The notes under the pieces were generated by a model, which was not told the origin of the DNA, did not search any database, and was given only the letters and a program-made list of their open reading frames with translations. Below, piece by piece: positions 1-10,400 of a stretch of 64,000 nt of DNA. Positions within the stretch are counted from its first letter, which is position 1, and every line of letters begins with the position of its first letter. Both the position numbers and the translations under genes were made by a program. Origin of the DNA: Naegleria gruberi (taxonomy: Eukaryota); the NCBI GenBank assembly GCA_000004985.1, contig GG738915.1, one strand, 5' to 3'.

Positions 1-320
1 CAGAGAAGAAACCTAACCAAATTTTAGAATGTACAATACCAGTGACGTTTCAACGATCCATTTTAGAAAGATCAATATACACTCACGAAAAGATTAGATT
101 ACCTTGGAGAACTGGTCCATCTAGTTTTGATTCTAATACAACTTTTCAAATAGTTCGATTGGAAAATGTTAGTATTTAATTTATTTAATATTTATTATAT
201 ATTATTTTTTATTAATTATAGAACTGCCTATGTCTGTGTCAACAACAGGCGAAATATTCGAGTAATATTCCTGATAACTTTATTGATGTTGCCATTTTCA
301 TTCTTCATCACAAGAAAAAG

Positions 321-2622
321 ATGCACTTTTCAATTCCTCTACCAGCTGATGGGAAATCTTCAACGAGTCATCCAAGAGTATTCTTTGGTTCGTGCAGAGA
401 TACTGTCATTGTGTACATTCCTGGGTGGTATTTGCAAATTGTGGACTGTTCCAAAGATCATGAACCTTGGCCTCTGATGAATTTCATAGGTTCAGATACT
501 GTACCCTTCCTGGACAATGAATCAACAAGTGTCATTGATAGAAAATCTGAACAGGATGTTGTTTCACTCTTTTCTGGATCTAGCTCTGGTGGATATATTC
601 TCGATTTGAATAGAGGACTACTTTTCAAGTATGATTTCAATTTTGATAACATGTTAAATTGGCTGGTTAACTTGAAAAAAGAACAGAGTTCAATGTACAA
701 TCCTACCAATATGTATTCAGCTCCGAACATTAGGAAAACCACTATTCAATTTTTACATTTGGCCATCACTCATTTCAAGAATAATATATTTACAGAGAGA
801 ACAATACGAGCCTTTTGTGAACCTTTTCCTGTTAATGGTTGTGACAGTCGTTGTAAACATACTACACTGGTCGACGACGAAGTACTCTTTATGGAATATT
901 TAATTGGAGCAGGATATATGGAGTTGGCTTCAAATATTTCAGCTTCCACCTCATACACTGCCTCCATACTAACCAATTCATCTTCATCCAGTATTGCTGA
1001 TAAGGAATTTTTGAGATATATCCCAATTTCACTATTGGAATGTGGAGAAAATAGCCAATATCTTGATGATTACTCATACGATCAGTCATTTGTAACCACT
1101 AAAATTGGAAATACTATGGGAAACAATATTTTCACAAAAACAGTATGTAGCACTTCAAATATTTGAATTTAAATATTATTTAATATTATTTTGAAATATA
1201 CAGTTCGATTCCATTGTAAGAACCATTCCATATCCAAGAGAAAATACCGAATGCTCACTCGATTTAATCAAACAAGTCAAGTCACAACTAGCCAGTTCAC
1301 CAAAGTTTATTCCACTCGCTGTTTATTTGGCCCACCACAAGAATCACATTCTCACTCCACCAAGTCCCTCCGTAGAAAGACAAAGTAACAATATAAATGG
1401 AAAATATTTTGAGGAGAAGAATACCTACTTTCAAAAGAAGTGGTTCAACAGTATATTTAGCTCTCCAAAAAGTTCAGAAAAAGAGGATGACTCTTACTAT
1501 GAAGACACACCAGAAGACTCGGAATTAGATGCCGAAAAACTTAGAGTAAGACAAACGAAAAAGATTGATTTCTACTCTGAAAAATCCAAAACAGATTTTA
1601 TAGATGTTTTAAGTAACTTTCTACTTGTAAATAGTCAACTAATACCAATTGATTTGCAAGAATATACATCAGCAGGACCAACCAAAGCTACCAGAATGAA
1701 AACCATTTTAGATTACACTAGTTCCCTATTCCAACTTTCACAATATTTATTTACTACCCTCACTCAAATCCTCCATACCTTCCATCAAAAACAACGACAT
1801 TTCAATCAGGGAAAATGTACAGAAGTGTATCCAATGTGGTATTTCCATCTCTTGCAAAAATTACACGTTAGTTTGGAGGAAACAAACTTTCCTTCTCCAT
1901 CTGGATTTTTAGAACATTTTGCCACAGTTGGTGTCCATGTTCTTCCTCTCAATAATCTCATTCAATACATCAATAGGGAGATGTTCATTGTGACTGATAA
2001 TGTTATTCATGAAGTTATGAAAAAGTCACAACAACAAACAAGTGAAAAGGAAAAGAAAGCTTGGTGTTCACTAATGAGATCACTCATTCAAAAGCTCAAA
2101 GACAGAGAAAATAGAGACGTATTCCACTATGAAAGAATGCTCTCCTGCATGTTAAATCAACCAAGCTCTGAAAATACCGTACAAAATATTCTAATTAATT
2201 ATTATCACAGTTTATTAGTTGAACAAATTGACACTGTCAAGATACCCAATCCCAAGAATAGTAATGTCACTCCACTTGATTGTATTCAATTCTTAGAAGA
2301 ATTTAAATTACAGAGAGAAGAAAATCCATCAGAATCTCTATTCACATCCTTCCTTCCACTCTCCTATTATTTACTCTCCATAAAATCCCTCAATGGAACT
2401 CTCCTACCAAAACCAACTCTCCTCCGCATGTCACACATGAATAGTTTTGATTCCAGTGATAGTGATGATAACACAACCAATGAAATTTCATCTCCAAGAA
2501 TGAATACCAATTTTTACTCTCTTGTACAGGGAATAGAGTATTGCTTTGAAGGAGATCAAGATGCCTACATTTACTTTTTGAAGAAAAAGACAGAAAAGGT
2601 ATTGAATACCACCTTTTTTTAG
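321..2622 (+). CDS. Hypothetical protein, two exons (321..1142, 1204..2622); the 5' end may lie upstream of 321
   Basis: ORF 321..1166 and ORF 1327..2622 join through a 61-nt intron (GTATGT at 1143 ... ATATACAG ending at 1203). Exon 2 enters the frame of the 1327 ORF at 1204 (FDSIVRTIPYPREN...AHHKNHILTPP). No recognisable domain; Ser-rich. Confidence 0.45.
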
Positions 2623-2783
2623 TAATTTATTTTGTAAAAATTATAAATATTCAATATTTGGCCTCTGCACTAAGGAAAGGTTTTCTTTACAAGTATTTAA
2701 TACTCCGCTTTCCTTGTGAAAATTTCCAATAGTTTAAATTTAGGATATTTGAATATACCTCCAATTTTCAATTTCATAAAAAC

Positions 2784-5069
2784 CTAATTAATGGTATTAC
2801 TTTGAATTGTGTAAGCAATTTTCCAATTTTTAAATTCTCTCGTTGAGGCAAGTCTTAGAAAAGTATCTGATAAATTAGCATAGATTGGGGGATGAATAAT
2901 CTCAACCAATTGTCGAACTTTGGTTTTCTTATTGGAATTATTCGAAATGTTGTCATTTAAGGATTTTTCACATTCGTTCAGTAATTCGTAGAAATTTCTC
3001 CTCACAGTTGATTGAATATTAACTTCGAAAATCGATTGACTTCTCATATATTTACATTCCAAATCTCTCAAATCGTCAATTTCTAAAGATTTATCAATTC
3101 CCTTTTTTGAAATTATTTTTTGTAAATCCATATTTAGCAAGTAGTTTTCAATAGACATTTCTTTAGAAGCATATTCTTTTAGAAGAATTTGAAATTCTGA
3201 ATTTTTCAAATAATTTTCCAATTGATCAAACTGACTAGAATTTGTTTGAATATTAGAATCATTTCCATATTTGGCATTTCTAATAAATTGAATAAACTCG
3301 GAAACTAAAACAGTTCCACCACAAATAAACATGAAACAGACAAACACCAAAAACCTAAAAAATCGACTCATTTCTATAAAAAATTCACTCGTTCCAGATC
3401 CATAAAATATAATTACTAAAATGGTATTCACAATTAAAAATACCAAAAGTAGCAAATCAATTCTAACAAGAAAAGGATCATCAAATAGGAGAAATCTTCT
3501 CAATCCCTTTTCCTTAATAATTTTCCTATTCACAATCATATCAAATACAATAGCTCCAAATCCCAACAAACAACCCAACACACAATACAAGACAATTGTT
3601 GCATTTCCCACAAGTAGATAGGTAAATTCAGCATCGTACAAATCAGTAAAGAAGAATGTCACTCCATGTATCGAAAATATCAAAGCAATCACAAGAGGAA
3701 TTGCCATTGTAAATAACAATCCATATTTCCATTCAGAGAATTTTCTCATTCTATGAATTACCTTATCACTATTCATTCCTTCAGCTTTTGTAATCAAAGT
3801 GTACAAATTTCTCAAATAGTAATAACGTACAACTGTCAAGCTATAGTTCATGACAATGAAACAGACCACAATCATTGAGAAATATCTCAGAAAATAGTAA
3901 CATGCATTATTCATAAAGGTGGAGAAACAAATTTCCAATGGAACGATGAATATTGGAAGGTAGGGAGTGAGTAATCTTCTGGTGAGTGATCGTTTTCTGA
4001 ATGCTTGACTGGCAAATAAGCAGAGAAAGTAACCTATTTCTATGATGGAACATGGAATGAGCCAATAATCTCCATTCGCGAAGGCAAAATCAACACATTG
4101 AGTCGTGACACATTTATGACATGTGGAAGGTAGAAAATTATTCAATAATTCCAGTAGAGTTTCGTTTGAGTTGTTACTATGTGTTGGTATTGAAATATTG
4201 TAAACTTTCAATGTATTCTTTACAATTTCGTCTAAAATCCAATATTGTGGTTTTTGTAAAGTAATTCCACTCACAAAATTAATGAAATTCAAATCAGAAT
4301 TTGACAAATTTCCAAACAGTTTCAATCTGGCCATCACGTTATTCATATCTTTATCTATATATGATGAACAATGTATTGTAAACTCATTGGAATTCGTGGA
4401 ATTGATAGTGGAATAATTATTGAGTGTGAAAAATCCATTCAATTGGTTCAAATTTTGCAAATCACTTAATTGGGTTAATTCTGATTGGGAAATGACGTTC
4501 AAAATTGATGGAACTAGAGGAAGAGGAATAAAATCAGATGGATTAATCAGAACGAAACTATCCGAATCTCTGTATAACCTCAAATAATCATAGAAATATT
4601 GTAATGTAGAAAATAAAACATCGTATTGCAAGAGAACGTTTTTAGGATTTCGACACGCATCTCCTGAAAATGTAAAATAATGAACTTTCAGATTTAAATT
4701 ATGAAACGAAACGAAACTCTGAAACTCTGAATAAAGTCTTTTTTCTACACCAATAGTAAGACGAGAGGATTCTTCCTTCAAAAATTCCACCATTGATTCG
4801 GTAGATTTCACCAGTGAATCGTCCAATTGATTAGTTTGGAATATTTTCCTCCAGACGAAAGCTGTCAAATAATCATTTACACTCACAATTGACTGCGACC
4901 GATCCACATAATAAATAGATTGTTGGGTTAGTGAAATATGTTTAGTAGTATCGAGAATAATTGTTTCCGATAACACGAATTTTGTTATTAAAATTAAAGT
5001 AAACGAAAGCAGAAGAAATAAATGATGAGAATTTCGTATACTTGATGTTGGTGAGTTCGTGACGTGCAT
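2784..5069 (-). CDS. Seven-transmembrane receptor with a C-terminal RGS domain (7TM-RGS, fungal GprK-like); N-terminal signal peptide and a large Cys-containing ectodomain
   Basis: 761-aa ORF. It begins with a hydrophobic signal-like N-terminus (HLFLLLSFTLILITKFVLS) and has about 7 hydrophobic helices in the middle. The C-terminal ~130 aa align to the RGS fold (SEFQILLKEYASKEMSIENYLLNMDLQKI ... YMRSQSIFEVNIQSTVRRNFYELLNE ... IHPPIYANLSDTFLRLASTREFKNW). Confidence 0.6.
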   Translation of the reverse strand: MHVTNSPTSSIRNSHHLFLLLSFTLILITKFVLSETIILDTTKHISLTQQSIYYVDRSQSIVSVNDYLTAFVWRKIFQTNQLDDSLVKSTESMVEFLKEESSRLTIGVEKRLYSEFQSFVSFHNLNLKVHYFTFSGDACRNPKNVLLQYDVLFSTLQYFYDYLRLYRDSDSFVLINPSDFIPLPLVPSILNVISQSELTQLSDLQNLNQLNGFFTLNNYSTINSTNSNEFTIHCSSYIDKDMNNVMARLKLFGNLSNSDLNFINFVSGITLQKPQYWILDEIVKNTLKVYNISIPTHSNNSNETLLELLNNFLPSTCHKCVTTQCVDFAFANGDYWLIPCSIIEIGYFLCLFASQAFRKRSLTRRLLTPYLPIFIVPLEICFSTFMNNACYYFLRYFSMIVVCFIVMNYSLTVVRYYYLRNLYTLITKAEGMNSDKVIHRMRKFSEWKYGLLFTMAIPLVIALIFSIHGVTFFFTDLYDAEFTYLLVGNATIVLYCVLGCLLGFGAIVFDMIVNRKIIKEKGLRRFLLFDDPFLVRIDLLLLVFLIVNTILVIIFYGSGTSEFFIEMSRFFRFLVFVCFMFICGGTVLVSEFIQFIRNAKYGNDSNIQTNSSQFDQLENYLKNSEFQILLKEYASKEMSIENYLLNMDLQKIISKKGIDKSLEIDDLRDLECKYMRSQSIFEVNIQSTVRRNFYELLNECEKSLNDNISNNSNKKTKVRQLVEIIHPPIYANLSDTFLRLASTREFKNWKIAYTIQSNTIN

Positions 5070-5482
5070 TTTTTTCTGTTGTGAAGTTTGTTATCCAAAT
5101 GTCAGAAATTTAGACAGTTAAGGGCCTTAAAGATTTCCAAATTTTGACAATTACCATTTTTGAAGTTTGTTTTGAAAAAAGAAAAAAACAACAGCAAGAA
5201 AATATATTGAATGCACCAATGTGTGAATATTGAAATAATTTATCATTGGAAAGATGTGAACGGTTTCGAATAAACTTTACAATAATTTTTTTCTATTTTT
5301 TCATTAATTTCTTCAGAAAAATTCAATAGTGTGGTGTTGAAATATTGCAATTGTAAAGAGACCAATGCTATTAATAATAATTTACTTGAATTGTTTAAAA
5401 TCTATTTGAAAATTGTTAAGATTTCGGTAAATGACCAAATATAGAAAATCCATAAAAGAAATTTTCCAAAAATTACAAAAAT
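5070..5482. promoter_or_regulatory. Putative bidirectional promoter region between the divergent 7TM-RGS and transketolase genes
   Basis: A 413-bp AT-rich spacer between two divergently transcribed ORFs, with an A-rich tract immediately upstream of ATG 5483. Called from position only; no specific motif was identified. Confidence 0.2.
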
Positions 5483-8400
5483 TTGAATAAAAAAAATATG
5501 AAAAAATCAAACCAATCCATAGAATTGAGTTTATTCCATCCAAACTCTCTTTCTCATGAGAATCGAGTCCAAATTTCTCATGCACTTCGAAATATTTCTC
5601 CAAATATAGTAATTGGACAAAATGAAGGTGAATTTGATTGTTACACAGATGAAATTCTTCTCTCATCTGAATTACCAGATGTGTTTAGTGTAGATTCCAT
5701 GTTTCTTCCTCATCTAATCGATAGAGGACTCATTCAGCCAATTCAAAAAGATTATTTGAATTCTCTTTGTAATCCTGACGAAATGTTTGAGTTTACAAAA
5801 CAATCCTGTCAATTTAATGGCGACTGGTATGGAATACCAATGTTTGTCCATGGATACATTGTCATGCAACGTGAATTTGATAAGGAAATCAAGTCACTTC
5901 AAGCACTTGCTGAAAAACATGGTTATGACTCAATTGTTTTTCCAGATATGGCAGCTTCTAGCTCCATGTTAATAGTCAGATCGTTTGCTTTGGATCAACA
6001 GGGTGCTACTAATTCCAATAGAATTCAAATCACTAGAGAAAACTTTCCACTTTCAAAGATGGACGAAATTTCACCTTCCTATTTGAAGAATTTCAGAACT
6101 GTGCAAAATGCGACCAAGATTGTGAGTGCACAAGAGTTGGTGGATACATGTAGGTTGGGAGAATGCATTCCACATGCTGCCTACGTTGGAAGATTGGAAA
6201 ATGTTTGTGGACTCAAGTCAAAATTCGAGCAGGGAAATTGGACTTTGACAGTTCTTCCTTTTTTGGAAGGTAAGGCAATGACTACGACTGTTAGTGTGTT
6301 GGTATTCAATGCTAATTTGAAAGGAGAGAGATTGAAACAAGCAATGGAATATCTGAAAGGTTTTTTCACTTTGGAAAAAGTGGACGAAATGTTGGAACAT
6401 GGTTTAATGATACCTTGCGATAAATCCAGATTGAGAAGATGGTCTGAAAAGAGTACCATCTATAGAGATGTTCTCTACTCTCTAGAAAATGTAGAAAAAA
6501 AGATTATTAACATTTCATTACATCCAGATTTGGACAATCGAGAAATTGTCAAAATGTCAAATATTCTCAAACCTCATTTACAACACATTGCTGTAGGTAC
6601 ACTTCGTTGCTTAACTGCAGACATGGTAGAGAAAGCCAAAAGTGGACATCCTGGCATGCCAATCGGAATGTCAACCATCGCTTTCGTATTATGGAAATAT
6701 TTCTACAGAGCTTCAGGTAAAGATCCAACATGGATCAATCGAGATCGATTCATACTCAGTAATGGACATGGTTGTGCACTTCAATATGCATTACTTCATT
6801 TAACAGGATATGAATCCATGCCCATGGAACAGTTACAGAAATTAAGAACTTTGGATTCGAATACTCCTGGTCATCCCGAATGGTTCCATACAGATGGAGT
6901 GGATGCTACGACAGGTCCACTTGGACAGGGTATGTGCAATTCTATTGGAATGGCAGTCGCTGAATGTCACTTGTCCAAGAGATTTAACAGAAATGAGTTG
7001 AAATTATTTGATCATTACACGTATGTCTTTTGTGGAGATGGTGATTTGATGGAAGGCATGTCCACAGAGGGTATGTCATTTGCAGGACATCAACAACTCA
7101 ACAAAGTCATTGTTTTTTATGATGACAATAGAATTACCATAGATGGAAGTACGGATCTAACATTCACTCAGGACACAGCCATGGTTGCAAGAGGATTGGG
7201 TTGGCATGTCATTGAAGTTCATGATGCCGACTCTAACTTGCTAAGAATCAAGGAAGCAATCGAAACAGCTCGTCTTGTAACCAACAAACCATCCATGATT
7301 ATATGCAAGACAACCATTGGTTATGGAACTAAACAGGAAGGAACTGCCAAAGCTCATGGAACAGCATTGGGTGAGGATTCTGTTAGAATGTTGAAGAAAT
7401 TCTGTGGATTTAATCCAGACGATCATTTTATTATTCCTTCCATTGTGAGGGAAGAATTTGAAAAGATTTCTGATAGAAATGCCAAATATTTGCAAGAATG
7501 GAATGATATGACACAAAAATATGCAAATTCACACAAATCTGAATGGGAAATGTTGATGAGAATGAGAAGGGGTGAAATAGAGGACTCTCTCGAGAAGTTT
7601 CTTCCAAAATTTGAAGATGAAAAGTCAATGGCCACTAGAATGTGTTCACACGAAGTGTTAAATGGAATATTCAAGATTATTCCAGCAATGGTTGGAGGAT
7701 CAGCTGATTTAACACCATCCAATTTGACAGATATTGAAGGACAGAAGGATTTTCAACCTCATTCCAGAGAGGGAAGATATTTCAGGTTTGGAGTTAGAGA
7801 ACATGGAATGTGCTCCATTTCGAATGGAATTCTCTATCATGGACTGTTGAGAACCTATGTAGGGACTTTCCTTAATTTTGCTTCGTATGGATTGGGAGCT
7901 ATTCGTTTGAGTGCACTAGCTCAATTGCCAAATATTTTTGTGTTGACACATGACAGTATTGGCTTGGGAGAAGATGGACCAACTCATCAACCTATTGAAG
8001 TATTAACAGCTCTGAGAGCTATTCCTAACATGAATGTGATTAGACCAGCAGATGGTAGAGAAACAAGTGGTGCCTATCTATCAGCCATCAAAACTCTCAA
8101 AACTCCAACATGTCTAGCTCTGTCAAGACAAAACGTTCCACCAATCAAGAATTCCAGTATCGAAAAGACACTCAAAGGAGCCTATATCTTGGAGCAAGAT
8201 GAAAACCCTGATGTTATTTTAGTGGCCACAGGCTCAGAAGTTCAACTCATTGTTGAAGCCAAGAAACAATTGAACGAAAGACAAATTAATGTAAGAACTA
8301 TCAGTATGCCAAGTTGGGAACTCTTTGATGCACAGCCACTGGAATATAGACAGGAAATATTCACAGCTGGCATTCCATGTCTGTCAGTTGAAGCTGCTTC

Positions 8401-8602
8401 TATCATTGGATGGAGTAAATACAGTCATCACCAAATTGGAATGCTTAATTTTGGAGCTAGTGGAAAGTATACAGATGTCTATGAAAAGAATCAGATTACA
8501 ACAAGAAATGTTGTTGAATCTTCTATCAAGTTAATCGATAGATATAAGAAATCAGCTCCAAGTTTAATTCTTGCTCCATTGAAGGAAGAAAAAGCGTTAT
8601 AA
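5483..8602 (+). CDS. Transketolase with an in-frame N-terminal ~365-aa MalE-like (bacterial solute-binding protein family 1-like) domain
   Basis: The C-terminal ~670 aa is unmistakably transketolase ([41 protein letters not shown], pyrimidine- and C-terminal domain motifs). The N-terminal part shares several colinear blocks with E. coli MalE ([22 protein letters not shown] vs [75 protein letters not shown] vs [53 protein letters not shown]). An internal Met ([11 protein letters not shown], around 6578) lies exactly where canonical transketolases start. Confidence 0.8.
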   Translation: [1039 protein letters not shown]

Positions 8603-8972
8603 GAATTCAACAAATAAATTGTGTGAGAATCACTGGTAATTAATATCTAATTTTTTTGAATTGTTGGTGAATGAACTCGTATCTCTATCGTTTATTTAAT
8701 GGACATGGTTTTACCTCTTCTGACACAATTCTTAATGAACTCCATTGTAATAAAAATCTATTCAATACAACCAAGCCAGTATTGATTCAGGTACTGTATC
8801 ACAACCGATAATTGGCAGTAATATCGTCTGAAATGGATTCACATTTTACAAAAATAAAACGCTCCAAATTAAATCCTCACAGACATAGTAAAATGAACCA
8901 TTCAACCTTAATCATCCTGTGAGACACAATACACTGTAAATTTTTAAACTGTAATTTGCAATCTTAATTAAG

Positions 8973-10400
8973 CTATCTCCTAGTTGAGGCTCTCGATGAT
9001 GACAAGCTCCTCGATGAAATTGGTGCTTGCACACCAAAATGGTCTGCATGAATCCCAGCTTGTGACTTTCGCAATAAAAAGGGATTTTCCATCATTAGAT
9101 TTTCCTTCTCCACTCTTACACTAGCTAAGGAAGCTGCCTTATAAGCATTGGGATAAAATGAATTCTTATTAAATGTGGATGAAGTGGATCCTCTAGGTGT
9201 TGATCCAGTGTGTCGATCGATTCTTTCTTCACCCTCCTTAAATTCATTGTACAATCTTGCCTTTTCAACTAATTTGTCCTCCTTAACAAACAAGGATTCA
9301 ATCACTTGATTTAGGAAGAGGGGACTAACATTGTCTTTAACACTCTTATGTGAAGGGTCAATATCGTCTGGTAGGAAGAGAGGTACAGATTTGATGGCTT
9401 CAAGTTGAGATTTAAGTGACGGGTTGAGAGCAAAGGATTTCTTTCTTGGTAATCTTCCTGGAGCCATTCGTGGTGTTGGCAATGAAGTTGTTGAAGTGTT
9501 TGGCTTCCATCCAGTCGATCCTGTAGAAGATGATGGTGTGGCTATGGCTGTTGATGTAGTTGAAGATGATGAAGGTGGTCGAATTTGTTTGAATGAAACA
9601 GTTGGAGTGCTTGGCCTTCTGCTGTTCTTTGGATCTGCAGATTGCACTCTCCTTGAAATACCTCGAGCACTATTGATTCGAGGAGACTCTGGAGGAGGTT
9701 GATGTTTCAAATAATCGATGGATTGAGTGGACATGTTGTTATTCTTCTTCTGAAGAACAACACTTCCACTCACACTGTTTCTCCTCTTTTTAGGATCCAC
9801 ATCCTGGGATGAAGATGTTGAAAATAATTGAACATGTTCTTTTGGTTTGATGTCGAGTGGCTTTCTAGCACTCTTCTTTGGTGTGAATCTTCTTCCACCA
9901 ATAGATGATGTTGCACTCTGTGCTCTACTTGGAGTGGTTGAGGCCATTAGAAATTCATCACTAAACGATGAGTCGCCATCTTCACTGGTGGGTGAAGTGA
10001 GAGGAACAATGGGAGTGGTAGGAATGGAGACACATCGTTTCGTATTGCTGTGAAAGGTTCCTGAATTGTTGTTGAATTCAATTGGACTCGGTACTGGTTC
10101 AAAGACAAAACTATTATTCACAGAGCTAATAGTTGTAGTATTATTATTCGTAACAATGTATGAAGAATTATGAGAATAAACAGGTGAAGTTCTTCGAGGA
10201 GTTAATTGAGTGAAGAATTGACCTTCCTCTGGTAACTGACCTGTAAATATTCTCGGTGATATTCCAGCAGTTTCGAATGATGCATTCAAATTAACAATTG
10301 CTAAAGTCCTAGATCCTCTCGAGCTATTCAAATCATATTCGAAAATATCTGCAGTATTGTTGTTTCCCTTTTTTAATCCTTTCAATGATAGACTCTTCAT
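8973..10400 (-). CDS. Hypothetical Ser/Thr/Pro-rich basic protein (low complexity)
   Basis: 475-aa ORF rich in S/T/P/R/K; no recognisable domain. A long ORF in an otherwise stop-rich AT context supports that it is coding. Confidence 0.4.
   Translation of the reverse strand: MKSLSLKGLKKGNNNTADIFEYDLNSSRGSRTLAIVNLNASFETAGISPRIFTGQLPEEGQFFTQLTPRRTSPVYSHNSSYIVTNNNTTTISSVNNSFVFEPVPSPIEFNNNSGTFHSNTKRCVSIPTTPIVPLTSPTSEDGDSSFSDEFLMASTTPSRAQSATSSIGGRRFTPKKSARKPLDIKPKEHVQLFSTSSSQDVDPKKRRNSVSGSVVLQKKNNNMSTQSIDYLKHQPPPESPRINSARGISRRVQSADPKNSRRPSTPTVSFKQIRPPSSSSTTSTAIATPSSSTGSTGWKPNTSTTSLPTPRMAPGRLPRKKSFALNPSLKSQLEAIKSVPLFLPDDIDPSHKSVKDNVSPLFLNQVIESLFVKEDKLVEKARLYNEFKEGEERIDRHTGSTPRGSTSSTFNKNSFYPNAYKAASLASVRVEKENLMMENPFLLRKSQAGIHADHFGVQAPISSRSLSSSRASTRR

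Noticed and set aside
166-477. 103-aa ORF upstream of or overlapping the 321 ORF
   Set aside because: Extremely hydrophobic, AT-driven composition in a different frame from the longer ORF. Judged non-coding/5' region.
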